From: Raja brachyura
Taxonomy: Eukaryota
Direction: 5' to 3'
Length of the DNA: 64,000 nucleotides
Assembly: GCA_963514005.1 (NCBI GenBank)
Contig: OY740784.1
Location: 107,384,001-107,448,000, forward strand
Shown here one piece after another: positions 39,190 to 52,250 of the stretch; positions within the stretch are counted from its first letter, which is position 1, and each line of letters opens with the position of its first letter. The position numbers and the translations under genes were made by a program. A model generated the notes under the pieces. That model was given only the letters and a program-made list of their open reading frames with translations, searched no databases and was not told the DNA's origin.

Positions 39190-39900
39190 AGAAACTGTTG
39201 GATGGAAATGGACAGTGAACATTTCAGTACAGGACCCTTCTTCACACTGATAAACGTAGAGATTAGATAGTTAGTGAGAGGAAGTGGTGGGGTAAGAATT
39301 GGCAAATGATAGGTGGATTTGTGTGAGAAGGAGCTAACAGGCAGAGAAGTCAAGTTGGGAAGAGAAGGGTGCTATAGTAACAAGTCTGAGGGTGCAAAGG
39401 TTGGTAAGATGGATAAATGGGAATGGGAGAGGGTAGCAGGAATGAGGGGCCTAGGTAGGGAAGGGTGGGAGATGAGCGGCTGGAGGATGGGAAAGAAATA
39501 GATGCTAATTCCTTACCCCATCTCTTCCCAACCCTCTGTCACCCCTCCCTACCGTGTACCTAAAAGTGGCATCAAGTTGGAGGTATTGGGCCTTACACTG
39601 GCAGATCCACTGAATACAAAGGCAGGTCTGGTGAAAGTCAAGGATGAGGGGATTCCATCCGTGTTCCGGCTGGGAAGGCGAATGTGAGAACACACAAGGA
39701 AACCGGAACTGGTGCAGTTGAGAATGCTGTCAACTAAGAAGGAAGGGAAACCACAGTGGAAGCAAAAAGGAAGAAACATTTGAAGTAGCGATGTGGAAGA
39801 CTGCTTTGTCAGACGAAATGTGACTGAGAAAATAGGAGAACAAAACAAGTCCTTTCAGGAGCAAGCACATTTTTTTTTTCAGATTTCCTGAACTCCTCAT
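39190..39900 (-). mobile_element. Decayed Penelope-like element (3' region and coding remnant)
   Basis: ggacccttcttcacactga, a purine-rich 3' UTR, and reverse-strand FHIATSNVSSF / GFPS-like remnants of the RT C-terminus. Confidence 0.55.
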
Positions 39901-40064
39901 CCATACCACTGCCAGAATGTGTGCAGGCAAAGACATAAAACTATTCTGCAGGTTGCTGATCCCAGTCAGTTACTGAGATCTGACCATAACTGATCCCAGT
40001 CTGACTGAGGTTGGAGGATAAGTACAAAAAAGTCAGGATATGAAGGGTAGACTTCTATACTTAG

Positions 40065-40233
40065 AAAGACAAAGTACTGCAGTAACTCAGTGGGTCAGAC
40101 TGAATCTGAAGAAGGATTCCGACCTGAAACACCGCCTATCCATATTCTCCGGGGATGCTGGCTGACCCATTGCGTTACACCAGCACTTTGTGTCTTCGTG
40201 TGTAAACAAGCACGTGCAGTTCCTTGTGTCTAT
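40065..40233. mobile_element. Penelope-derived fold-back element
   Basis: agtaactcagtgggtcag..tctgaagaaggattccgacctgaaac..ctgacccattgcgttac..gcagttccttg. Confidence 0.75.
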
Positions 40234-40253
40234 ATGCTATACCTGTCCCATTA

Positions 40254-40615
40254 GCAAAGAGGTCCTTCTGTAGTTGTACAGAGCCCTAGTGAGACCACAC
40301 CTGGAGTATTGTCTGCAGTTTTGGTCCACTAATTTGAGGAAGGACATTCTTGCTATTGAGGGAGTGCAGCGTAGGTTTACAAGGTTAATTCCCGGGATGG
40401 CGGGACTGTCATGTGCTGAAAGAATGGAGCAGCTGGGCTTGTACACTCTGGAGTTTAGAAGGATGAGAGGGGATCTCATTGCAACATATAAGATTGTTAA
40501 GGGTTTGGGCACGCTAGAGGCAGGAACCATGTTCCCGATGTTGGGGGAGTCCAGAACCAGGGACCACAGTTTAAGAATAAGGAGTAAGCAATTTAGAACA
40601 GAGACGAGGAAACAC
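40254..40615 (+). mobile_element. CR1 fragment lacking its own 3' tail
   Basis: YRALVRPHLEYCLQFWS..TRDHSLRIRSK, which runs directly into the Helitron-like segment. Confidence 0.9.
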
Positions 40616-41077
40616 GTGTGGAGGAGGGAAATGGGGAGGGATGGAGGAGGGAGATGCCCCGTCCATATCTACCCTCCCATTCTCTCTTCTCCTCCAACCC
40701 TCTCTACCTCCAACACTCTCTACCCCCCTCCCTGTCTACCCCCTCCCTCTCCCTCCTCTACCCCATCTCCCTCTGTCCCACTCCTTCTCTGCCCCCCTCT
40801 CTACTCGCCTTCCCTCCCTCGCCATCACCTCCCTCTCTACCCCATCCCTCTCCCTCTACCCCATCCCTCACTGCCACCCCTCCATCTCTACCACCCCTCC
40901 CTCTCTAGGGATTGAAGTGGGAGGGTGGAGGGAGTGCTGGGGGATGAGAAGAAATGAGCCGTGCCTGCACAGTTGGGGGCTATGCTTGAGTGGTGCAATA
41001 CTGCATTGGGGGAACGGGTGAGTGGTGGAATCTTGTGTTGGGGGAGCAGACCAACTGGGGTCTGCACTTGGGTCTAG
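40616..41077 (+). mobile_element. Non-autonomous Helitron-like 3' portion
   Basis: Hairpin GCAGACC/GGTCTGC (41046-41065), then CTAG (41074-41077) followed by T; the subterminal gggtgagtggtggaat motif is shared with 48720-48905. Confidence 0.6.
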
Positions 41078-41559
41078 TATGTATCAAAACTAAAATCATC
41101 CCATTCACAAGTTCACACTTTACATTCAAATTAATCTCCAGCGAGAGTTTCCAACAACTGCAATGGTACGAGGCCTTCTAGAAAGCTCCAAAATTAAGCT
41201 TGCTGTTTTATTAAACAATGACGAAATTTGAATTGCAGTATTTCTCCGTAAGCAATGGTTTTGATTTGTGACATATCGACAATCACATTTAACAGTTATT
41301 TACTTTCCTGAGAAGCTGACAACTGAGCAGATATAACAATCAAATTGTTCTATAGAGACTTTATAAAGTTGCCTGCAGTTATTTAAAATCCAATTTTGCA
41401 TAACTGGAGTCCAAAGTGAGTAAAATGCTTATTTTTCCCATAAATTTATTTGCAGCTGCTTTAATAAAACAGCATTGCAAATATATATATTGGTTAGACT
41501 TCATTTGAAGTATGGTGTACAGCTCTGGTCTTCACTACAAGAAGGATGTGACACTATTA

Positions 41560-42003
41560 AGGGCCTGTCCTACCAGCATCCGACTCCATGCGATGAGCGC
41601 GACCAAACCAGCAGCGAGGGCCGCGCGGAGGTTGGGTGAGTGGCGCAACGCGGCGCAAAGTGAGGAGAACCTGGAGCGAAGTCATAAGGTAAGTTCTCCA
41701 GGACAGAGAGGGCACACCGAGAGGGGCACAGAGGCACACACACAGAGGGCCACGGAGGCACCTACAGAGAGGGTCACGGAGGCACGACGTCGAGACGGTG
41801 TGTAATGCGTCGAGGCGACTGCTAGCCGACAAGCCGTTGCCGCGCGGAATTTTTGAACATGGTCAGTTTTTCGGAGCCCCGGGCGATGTTGGGACGAACT
41901 CCGCACAATTCTGCACGGCTCCGGCGATCGAAGTGGGACGGCTCAAGCGACCACGTTAGGTCGTGCTCATCGCATAGAGTTGCATGCTGGTGGGACAGGC
42001 CTT
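41560..42003. mobile_element. PIF/Harbinger-type MITE, subtype C, inside an old CR1
   Basis: Imperfect TIRs of about 50 bp starting AGGGCCTGTCC; TTA at 41557-41559 and 42004-42006; it splits CR1 KKDVTL / VQRTFTTMLPG. Confidence 0.88.
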
Positions 42004-42434
42004 TTAGAGTGCAGAGGACATTCACCACGATGTTGCCTGGAATGGAGGGCTTTACCAACAAGGAGAGAATGGATAGCTGGGTTTAAAATTACTGCAGGCT
42101 AAGGACTTAAAGGAGATCTGTGGGCCATGTTTTTCCACAAAGAGGGTGGTGAATATCTGGAACGAGCTGCCAGAAGAAGCTTTTTGATTTTCATAGGGAA
42201 GGCATAGAGGGATTGAGGCCTAATGCATGCATACAAAGAGCATTAATGCAGATAGCTGGCATGGCGGACAAGGTGGGCCATTCAGGCCAGCTGCTGTGCA
42301 GTGTTATTCCATGGTTCTTTGATATATTTTTCCGAAAGGGATGTGGAAGGAAACCAGAACGCCAGAGGAAACCCACAGAGTTACAGGGAAAACATGCAAA
42401 TGCCACTAGATCAGCATCCCAAGGTCTGGATTGA

Positions 42435-43365
42435 ACAAAAAAAAAACTTGTGGAGAACTCAGTGGTTGAAGCAGCATCTGTGATCGAAATGGACAGATGA
42501 TTCAGTTTGGGACATTTCTTCAGACTGATGGAGTAGAGGTGAGATAGTTGGTAGAACGAGGTGAAGAGGAAGAGCAAGGCAAAAACTGGCAAGTAATAGG
42601 TGAATTCAGGTTGACGAGGGATTGATTGGCAGATGAGTCAAGCGGGAGAAAGGTGTAAATGGGGAGAGGTTGGGAACTTTGTAAATGAGAAGGTGGGGGT
42701 TTACTGAAATTGGAGAATTCAATATTCATGCCGAGGCCAAATGCAAACTGGAGGAAGAGCGCCTCATATTTTGCTCGGGCAGCTTACAATCCAACGGTAT
42801 GAATATTGATGTCTCTAACTTTAAGTAATCCTTTCATCCCCTCTCTTGCCGTCGCTCCCCCATCCTAGTCGTCATACTAGTTTCACTGTCATCCTACTGA
42901 GTTTACTGTTTATCTCTTTATCATCTTCCCCTCAGCCAACAATGGGCCATTGTGGGCTCCACCTTTCCTTGATCATCATTGTTGGCTTTAATCTGTCTTT
43001 TTGCATTATCTTTCATTATTTTTTTCTATGTACCTTTTCATATCTCGCGGTTCCCACTCCCCTGTGAAGTTGAGTCTCGACCCAAAACATCAACTATTCC
43101 TTTTCTGCAGAGATGCTGCCTGATCCACTGCCTTCCTCCAGCTTTTTGTTTTTATCTTCAATGTTGATACCGTTGGGTTGTAAGCTCGCCAAACACAACA
43201 AGAGCATGCTATTCCTCCACTTTGTGTGTGGCCTCACTGGCAATAGAGGTAGAGAGCAAACAGGATAGTATGGGAATTAGAAGGGACATTAAAATGGCCA
43301 GCAACCGGGAGCTCCGGCAGGTCCTGGCAGACTGAGGATGTGTTGAGGGACACAGTCACCTAGTC
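42435..43365. mobile_element. Reverse Penelope-like element with a sense Penelope 3' fragment (about 42730-43160) inserted
   Basis: Sense CKLEEERLIFCSGSLQSNGMNID; reverse MNIEFSNF on the left and a GIY-YIG C-terminal remnant on the right. Confidence 0.75.
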
Positions 43366-44734
43366 TAGACAGGGGGTTGAACCTGGGTCTCTCTCACTGT
43401 GAAACATCAACTGTACTCGCTGTGGATTGCCAAATGCATTTTTTATAAATATCACCACTGGTATATTACCCAATGTCCATCACTCAATGCCAGTTACAAA
43501 GGATATAGAAATCTGGAAGTGTAAAAGATGTTGTGCGATCAGCAAATCTATTTCACAGTTTCAATGTACACAAAATGAGAACACTACACAGCCAATATTA
43601 TACCTCACTAGCACCACCACTGAATAAAGCATTCAAACCAGCCATCAGTAAAGCAACACTCATTTTCTGTGTAGATACATACACATCATTCCAGAACAAA
43701 CAACAAGCCAGAAGGAATAGACAGTGATGTTTATCTTCTATGACGGAAACCATAAGACGAGTAAATTAAAATGTTACAAACCTATTTTTGACAATAACCT
43801 TACGTATCAAGATACTTCCTCTTTCCCACCTCCTTTTACCATTACCGCCACCTTATCGAAACCTTACCTTGATGTCCTGTCCTTACAGAGCAGGACAGTG
43901 ACAGCAGGTAACAAATATCACAGGTGCAGTGGAGTGCAAAGCAGGGAAGCCGCATGGAACTCTCACTCCAACTCATTCAAAACCCTGGGTCACTTCAAAA
44001 GTCCAATGCTGCTGAGTATTCTGAGGACCGACCACACGCTCTTCCCACTACAGCAAACAGACACTGAACATTGATTATCTGATGAGAGCTAGGAGTATTG
44101 GTAACAATGCCTTCCCGTCAGTGTCATTAGGATTTTGGAAGAAGGATAACTATCCACCTCCACACAGAAACAGGAGCACTTTCAAATGTTCCCGAGGGAA
44201 CGCAAATGGAGGATTAAATCACAACCCCAAACATTACAAGTACACCAGACACTATACAAAGCTTTGTAATGAGGTAACAATCTTGGAGAAGAAATGACAA
44301 TTTTCTGACAATCGAGCCTGCAACTGTAGCAGAAAAAGTTCAAATGGTCATCTAGAGCACAGGACACATTCTGCCACAGGCCAGCACCAAAGCATAAGAG
44401 TAGTTGACCAAAATGAAAAATGTATGCACAATATGACTAAACATTCTCAGTGACAGCACACTTCAAAAGTATGAGATAGCTAAATGCTGCAGATTTTGTA
44501 CAATTATCATTGGTCGTCACTCGCTCTCGAGTAAGACTATGGCATCTAGTCTGTGGTGTTGGGATGTGTACTGAGATGGCTGATTGAACCAATCTGTTTT
44601 TTGAGATTCCTGCTTCCTCTTTGCTTCGTCCATTCTACCTCATATGAATGAGCACCACTTTTTACACAGGTATGCCAAACGGTACGGTCAAGACATTAGA
44701 AAATGCATTCAACTTTCAACAACTCAAATGGCAT

Positions 44735-45195
44735 TTGCGGAGTTGTAGACCCTGTCGAGTCCATCACTGATACTGACCTCCCCAACACTGAAGATATCTA
44801 TAGGAGATGCTGCTTCAAAACGGCTGCCAACATCAAAGATCCACACCATCCTGGCCATGCCCGCATCTCGCTGCTAGCACCAGGAAGGTGGTACAGTAGC
44901 CCAAGAACTGGCACCTCCAGGTTCAACAACAGATTCTACCCAGCAACCGTCAGGCTATTGAATGATGCACAACACTAACCTCAACAACTGATCTTCCCTA
45001 GTCTGTGTCTTTGGTTGCGTTACAAACTTCGGTTTCGTATTAATCATGTCTACCTAGTATTAAGAGTATTCATTTATTGTATTATTGATTATATATTTAT
45101 CTCTGGGATATTGCGTTTAAGGGCTTATTTAGCTGCAGCAAGTAAGAATTGTGTTATTCCATTGCCAGTAGGTATGACAATTAAACACACTTGCC
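44735..45195 (+). mobile_element. Rex1-like LINE 3' end
   Basis: ORF 44703-44978 IKDPHHPGHARISLLAPGRWYSS..SRFNNRFYPATVRLLN. Confidence 0.85.
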
Positions 45196-46734
45196 TTTTG
45201 TCTAAAGGCATGTATTAACTCACTATTAACAGACTTCCTGCATAATATTCCATTTGACCAGATGAGCAAGATAAAACAGGCATAAAATGCTGCAGCAGCA
45301 TTCATTAACGTCAGAAAATGAATATTAATTAATTAATTCCAATTATAGAAAGCCAAACCAAGGAAATAAATTACAAAATATGAATCAGCAAACTAGCAAA
45401 GCCCATTGTTTTAGATTGTCCAGAGGAGCATAGTAGCATTAATGTTACATTTCTGGATTAATATTCAGAGATTAATATTTGTATTTTATGGGAATCAAGG
45501 GATATGGAATAAGTGCAGGAAGGTAGCATGACCTGACTGAACATTGGAGCAGACCAAGTAACTTATTCCTGCTTCTGGCCCGAGGATCCAGAGACATTTG
45601 TTCAAATCCAGGGCAGCTGGAACATTTATATTCAGGTAAATAAATGCATCTTCTCATGTCCCACAATCCAATCACATAATCCAGCAATATTTATTGTTTT
45701 AACTTGTGTAATGGGCCAGGCAACAATGTTTAGAGGGAATGTAGCAGGGTAAATATTGCCAAGTAAAAGGAAGATTTGTTTTGTTTTACACTAAAAATCA
45801 AGGACAAGTGTGTGCGGTGATGCGTTGTTAATGCATTTTTACACCAGCTCTTTATCAGACTCAACATACTTTATCCACTTCAACATACAATAATTCCATT
45901 CTGGCAAAAGTACTTTGACCCCAAGCATTAATTATGCTTCTCTGTCCACAGAGTCGCTCCCTGACCTGATTTGCATTTCCACCATTTTTATCTTCAATTG
46001 ACTTCAGCTTCTTTCACCACACAACCATCACAGTCTAGATTCTTAATTTCGAAATGAACAGATAGGTATATCAGAACTTATACAAATAAAATGAATTGAA
46101 TCCTGTCCTTAAAAAAAGAGCATTTAAAGCTAGAAAGAACAGTAATTATATGTATATATTATCTTTCTCATGTTCACTAATGTGCAAATTATCACCAAAA
46201 TGAAATTGCAAATCAAAAGAGTGATGCACTTTCACCTGCTTGTATAAATACATACATACCTGCACAGTTCTTCAACGTCAATATTCTAGTGCGAATTTTT
46301 ATGGCACATAAACACTCTTGCAGTGAAGTCCTTCAGTGTGTTTAATATCTGGATGAATTTGATCAACTATGAAACAACACATAATTTAGCACTGCTTTTT
46401 GTAATAATAACAACTGGAGACACTAGTTTTGTATTTGCTTTCAATGTTTTTTTCAAAAGGACTGAGGATGTAACTTTGGACAAGGTTGTGAGGAGTGCCT
46501 TGCAGCCAATTTAAATGATTTCCATCAGGGACTGACTAAACTTTCCAAAGCTGCAACTCGAGGATCAAATGGACATTTCCTGCCCAGTAATCAGTGTCCC
46601 TTGTAACCATTGTCAAATGTTTCTCTGACCTTTTTTGAAGATGTGCTTAGAAATGCCCTATTCTCAGGCCTCTACACATGCCCCATAACTCGACAGTTTG
46701 ATAGGATTTAAGCTAACACGCTTTATGAATTGTG

Positions 46735-46950
46735 GACACAAAGTGCGGAATAACTCAATGGGTCAGGCAACATCTACGGAGAACAGGGATACATAATATT
46801 TTGGGTCGGCACCATTCTTCAGACTGAAGAAGGATCCCAACCCAAAACGTCACCTATCCATATTTACCAAAGATGCTGCCTGACCAATTAAGTTATTCCA
46901 GAACTTTGCAACTTCATTTTTAAACTAGCAAATTGCAGGACCTTGTTTCC
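46735..46950. mobile_element. Penelope-derived fold-back element
   Basis: Symmetric centre ttcttcagactgaagaa; arms aactcaatgggtcaggca and tgcctgaccaattaagtt. Confidence 0.78.
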
Positions 46951-47479
46951 ACACTATATGGGTCCATTTACTTAAAAAGATTTAATGCCATTCTTTCTGA
47001 GGCAAGTACATAGATAAAAATCAAGACAGGTAATTGAATGGTCCAGTGTTTTATTGCATCATCAAATCGAGAGTCAGTGAGGCAGAGACCACTGATAGGA
47101 TGAAGCAAATGCGAATAAGTTTGTGGATATAGTGCTACAAAAATAAATTGGTTTGTTCGGACATTCAAGCAAGGAGCTGGCATTTGTAAAAGGAGAAAAA
47201 TTATTGAATGCTCCACCATAATTATGTTGGTTAAAGGTATATTACTTAAGCTAACCTGCACTATCGCAAAGTGGTATAGAGTTGGCCCTGGTAGTCCTGC
47301 AATAAAGGTGATGGATGAGGACATTTGCCAGGATTTGTGCTTTTGAACTGACCTGCAATGACACATTGTCTTTGAAAAAAGGATGAGATTAAATCTAAAG
47401 GGTTGCTAAGAGGTAAACCACCTCACAACCTGAAGATCATAGCAAAGCTCTGCAGTCCAATCTTATCTACTATTCAGAC

Positions 47480-47895
47480 ACATGGAACTGCAGATGCTGG
47501 AACCTTGTGCAGATTGCTACACAGAACTGCTGGTGTAACTCAGCGAGTTAGGCAGCATCTGAAGAGTCCCATCCGAAACATCACCTATCCATGTTGTCCA
47601 GAGATGCTGCCTGACATGCAGAGTTACTCCAGCACTTTGTGTTCCACCTATCTAATATTTGATAGGACGATACCCCTATGCAGATTAGGGAAATCGAGAA
47701 CCAGTGGACATAGGCTTAAGGTGAGGGGGGAAAGATTTAATGGGAATCTGAGGGTGAACTTTTTGCACACAGAGGGTGGTGGATATATGAAATGAGCCGA
47801 CTAAGAGATTGTCAAAGCAAAAACTATAACAAACATTTAAAAGACATTTGGCCAGGTAGATGGATAGGAAGGTTTAGAGGGCCATAGGCCAAATG
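47480..47895. mobile_element. Penelope fold-back remnant (47480-47645) followed by a CR1 3' fragment
   Basis: ggaactgcagatgctgg..ctgaagagtcccatccgaaacatc..; then LGKSRTSGHRLKVRGERF. Confidence 0.7.
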
Positions 47896-48293
47896 TGCCC
47901 CTCCCTGTGCCCCCGTGTCCCACTCTGTGCCCCCGTGCCCACCTCTTTCTACCCCCCTCCCTCTCTAGCCGTGCCTGCAAGTGGATAGGGCGGTGATGGG
48001 GTAAAATGAGCCAATGCATAATATTAATATAATAGCTAGGGGGGGTGGTTAGTGTGTGTGTGTCTGTGGGGAGTGGTNNNNNNNNNNNNNNNNNNNNNNN
48101 NNNNNNNNNNNNNNNNNNNNNNNNNNNNNNNNNNNNNNNNNNNNNNNNNNNNNNNNNNNNNNNNNNNNNNNNNNNNNNNNNNNNNNNNNNNNNNNNNNNN
48201 NNNNNNNNNNNNNNNNNNNNNNNNNNNNNNNNNNNNCCACCCCCACAACTGCGCGTTGAGGGGACGGGACCCAACGGGTCTCACTTGGTCTAG
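47896..48293 (+). mobile_element. Helitron-like 3' portion spanning the assembly gap
   Basis: Hairpin GGGACCC-aac-GGGTCTC (48266-48282), then ACTTGGT and CTAG (48290-48293) followed by T. Confidence 0.6.
48078..48236. other. Assembly gap (159 N)
   Basis: Run of N. Confidence 0.99.
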
Positions 48294-48905
48294 TTTATTA
48301 TTAAAACTCTCATCTTGTTTGTTTGTCTGTCTGTGATTCATGCCCTGAATTATGCCAAAACAGTACACGGAGCACTACATTTAATAGCACCACCTTACTC
48401 ACCATTGTCCTGTTGTGTATTAAGTTTCGTTCAGATTGATGGTATATTTTACAAGTTATTCACATTTTGAACTTTACAAAATTCAGCTTGAGAAAAATCA
48501 GTTCAAGTTGCAGTAGCAGTTAGCAGCTATGACATCACAATGGGATCTCATTTACATAAACTGCCGACTTAACTTTTCGCTGTAACAAAAATCCAATTGC
48601 ACTGTAAAAAATCCAATTGCACCTGCCCGTTACAATGTTGCAAATCACAGGACACCGAGTCCTGGCAGTAAGTGTAATTGGAATTTTTAAAGTGAAATGG
48701 AAATTTTTAAAAGCTTAATAAGAGGGAGGGTGAAGAGGAGGGGGAGGAAGTGCTGGGGGATAAGGGGAAATGAGCCGCCCCTGCGCAGTTGGGGGCGATG
48801 GGTGAGTGATGGAATATCGCGTTGAGGGAATGGGTGAGTGGTGAAATATTGCATGGGGTACCAAGCCTCCTGTGGGGGCTATTGGCGAGTGGTGGAATAT
48901 TGGTC
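48294..48905 (+). mobile_element. Second Helitron-like element (5' part with TTTG/TCTG microsatellite, 3'-truncated)
   Basis: tttattattaaaactctcatc followed by ttgtttgtttgtctgtctg resembles non-autonomous Helitron 5' ends; the downstream block matches 40915-41035. Confidence 0.5.
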
Positions 48906-50769
48906 CCCCAGGCCTCACACAATTTTATAAATGTCTAAGGTCACCGCTTCAGCCTCCTACGTTGCAGTGGGAATATACTCAACATATCCAATCTCACTAA
49001 ATAAAGCCCTCCATTAAAGGCAACATCCTGGTAAAATGTAAGATGGTGAATATCTGGAACGATCTGCTGGTGGTGGTAATGTAGGCAAATAGATTTAAAA
49101 TCTTAAAAGCCATTTGGATAAGTGCTTGGATAGGAAAACAGAGAGATGGAGGCCCAACGAGGACAAATAGGTTTAGCATGGACAGGCATCACCATCAGCT
49201 TGAACAGGGTGGGCCAAAGAGGCCTATTGTTTGCAATACATCTTTATGATTACGATAGAATACTCTACACGTGTGGATGAATGCAACTCCAACAATTCTC
49301 AGGAACATTCACACCATCTAAGAGAGCAGTCTGCTTCATTGTATCAGTGCGGACACCCACAATACACAGCATTTACCTGCCACAACTGCTCTGACAGCAC
49401 CACCTAGCTCTGTAAGGTTTCAAGTGCCTGAGAGCACCACCTGTGCATTACGCTAAGCCTCACTCCTTGCTGATATGGAAATATATTTGCGATTCTTTCA
49501 TCTTAGCTGGGTCTATATTCTGGAACTCCTTCTCCAACACCATTGTTGGGATACCTTCACCTGAAGGAAGGCCGGAGTGTATGATGACCTACCTCCTCAA
49601 GACCAATTCGGAGTGCCAAAATATCAAATGCATCCTGGCGTCAAATCATCTACTATTAAGAGCCAAGATCTTTCCAAGTTCTTATTTTTTTAATGTATTT
49701 ATATATCATGTGCTGAGCATTGTTGGCAAGGCCAGCAATTAGACTGATCCTAGAAATGGCCAAGTCCTCTCTGGCAAAGTTACTGACTTGAGGAAACTAG
49801 TCCGAAATATTACATTGGAAATACACAAAGCATACTTGCAGAATACCTCTATTAAATATTACATCACCCCAAAATTAACTTCACTGCTTACCATAAATTA
49901 AAGCTTGGCTTTGGTGGTGACCATTAAATATTTTGGCAGTCTAGTTCTACTGTGGCTTGGCAAACAAAGTTCAGTTGAGATCCAGTAGCAATAGTTTAAA
50001 AGGCTGCAGCCCAAAATGTTATATCAGTTACACTGATAGGGAGACAGTGACAGGGAAACAGAGTCTGCATCCCACCAAATCCGCATACAAGCACCCTTAA
50101 CTTAACATACTACCTAGGCAGCAGCAGCTCTAAGTTCCAGCAACGGAAATCCAAAGCCAGATACAGCTTAACCCAGACCAGACATGTCATTCATCATTTG
50201 ACTAATCATGACTTCCCAGTTGTTATTATATATGCCTCTATTTATAATGCCCAAAATCCAGTTTGCGTTTTATATCTACTTCATTCTACCCTGCCACTTT
50301 CAACGAAATGAACGTACAAAGCCCTAGATCTCTGTTCTTTTACTCCTATTGGAATTGTTCCCTCAAGTTTATAATGTCTCTTATTCTTCCTGCACAAAGA
50401 AAACACTTCTCATTTCCCACCATAACACTTCATCTCACACCTATGCCACCAGACTATCTATCTCCCCTTGAAGTTTAGTATTCCCTTCCTCACCGTTCAC
50501 TGCACCGTCAGTTTTTATATCAACTGCAGATTTGGAAGTTTATCCTCAAGCAGCTCAGTCCAAGTCATTTATTCCTGGCCTTGGGAGTCTATTATGAGGC
50601 ACATTATCAAACACCTTTTGCAGACCATGTACCACATTTCATTCACCAAGCCCCTGTTATACATCAAAAGGCTGTACCAAGTATAACATCTGTGGTTGGC
50701 CAGATACAGGACAGTATTCTGATGGGTTAAGAATATTGTATGGACAAGGGCTGATTACGTATATTCAGC

Positions 50770-51170
50770 ATAGTTTTGTACATGCGAGATTGCATCTCAC
50801 AAATCTGTTTGAGTTTTTTGAAGATATGATGAGAGTACATCTGAAGACATTGTATATATGAATTTTAGCAAGGCATTGGACATGGTAGACTGCTTTGGAA
50901 GGTTAGTTCGCAAGGGATCCAAGGAAAAATGGGTGAATGGATAGAAAATTGGCTTTATGAAAGGAAGCAGAGGGCGATGGTGGGAGGTTGTTTTTCAGAC
51001 TGGAGGCCTGTGACTAGTGGTGTGCCTCAGGGTTCGATGCTAGGTTCATTGCCGTTTGTCATTTAAATCAATGATTTGGATGAGAACATACAAGGCATGA
51101 TTAGCAAGTTTGCAGATGACACTGGCTGGTGTTATAGATAGTGAGCGTGGTCGTCACAAATTGCAGCCGG
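50770..51170 (+). mobile_element. CR1 RT fragment
   Basis: [39 protein letters not shown]. Confidence 0.88.
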
Positions 51171-52114
51171 TTCTGTTGAATTGAAATGTGTAGAAGAAAA
51201 TCACTGCTTCATAAAGTATTGTATATGTCCAATTGGATGCGGAAAAATGTCAAAGATGTTAGGGCAGGTGAGGGATTTCCTGCAGTTGCATGGGTAGTTC
51301 TATGAGAAGAGGAGAATTATTAGAGATAACAGAGACAAAGGAGTCATTGAAAACCAGAGGGTAAAGGATAAAATAGTAACCGTGCATACAGTGTCAGGAC
51401 AGTACAAGTGGCCTGTACAAATGGGCAAACCTGCAGAGTATGGGAAAGCAACTTTATCTTGGCAGATAACAAGAAATAAACAAATCAATTCCAACAGGTT
51501 AATACTTGGACTAATCAGGAAAGGAATCAAATTCAGTTGAAAAAAGCATTACTTTCAACCAGAACTCCCTGCACTAAAAATACTGTAAAGTTCACCCATG
51601 CAGGTCGCACCATCTAGAACAGCAGCTACTAAAAGGCTGTTCTTGGAAACGCAAAGTCAATGTGATAAGTTAACTAATAATAAAATGCACATCAGCTGCA
51701 AGGCTCAAAATATTTTCCTTCTGATATATTTTTTCTAAATCTTGCGGGTAATGTCCATAGTCAGCATGAAATACCAAGTAGGTGGGAATGAAAACAACAG
51801 CTGCAACACACCACCACCACAGCAGCTGTTTCCTGAAATTATCCCCTGTAACCACCACAGAAGCCTGCAAAAATTGGAGAACTTCAATCCGTGTGTGCAG
51901 CTCCCTTAAGTTTAATGAACACACGCTATATTTGCTGCACATGATGTGATTTAAGCAGTGGAGAGGCAAAGTGCTGCATTGGCTGAGAAGTTGCCGAACA
52001 TCTCAATTCAGTCTGTAAGCCCGACTCCAAGCTTCCAATTACCCATCAATTCTTGGACCCATTTCTATTCTGACTCCTCATTCTTTGCTTGTGCAGATCC
52101 AATGAAGCTCAATG

Positions 52115-52250
52115 AGTCTGAAGAAGGGTCTCAACCTCAAACGTCACCCATTCCTTCTTTCCAGAGATGCTGCCTGTCCCTCTGAGTTACTCTAGCATTT
52201 TGTGTCTATCTTCGAATTAAACCAGCATTTGCAGTTCTTTCCTACACAAA
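52115..52250 (+). mobile_element. Single-arm Penelope 3' end with tail
   Basis: gtctgaagaagggtctcaacctcaaacgtcaccc..ccagcatttgcagttctttcctacaca. Confidence 0.8.

Noticed and set aside
40618-41021. Pro/Ser/Leu-rich ORFs
   Set aside because: These are translations of a C/T low-complexity tract.
47837-48368. ORFs containing X runs
   Set aside because: Artefacts of the N gap.
51670-51969. Minus-strand ORF with a hydrophobic stretch after a ttgcag acceptor-like site
   Set aside because: I found no recognisable family or partner exons. A small exon cannot be excluded without RNA-seq.
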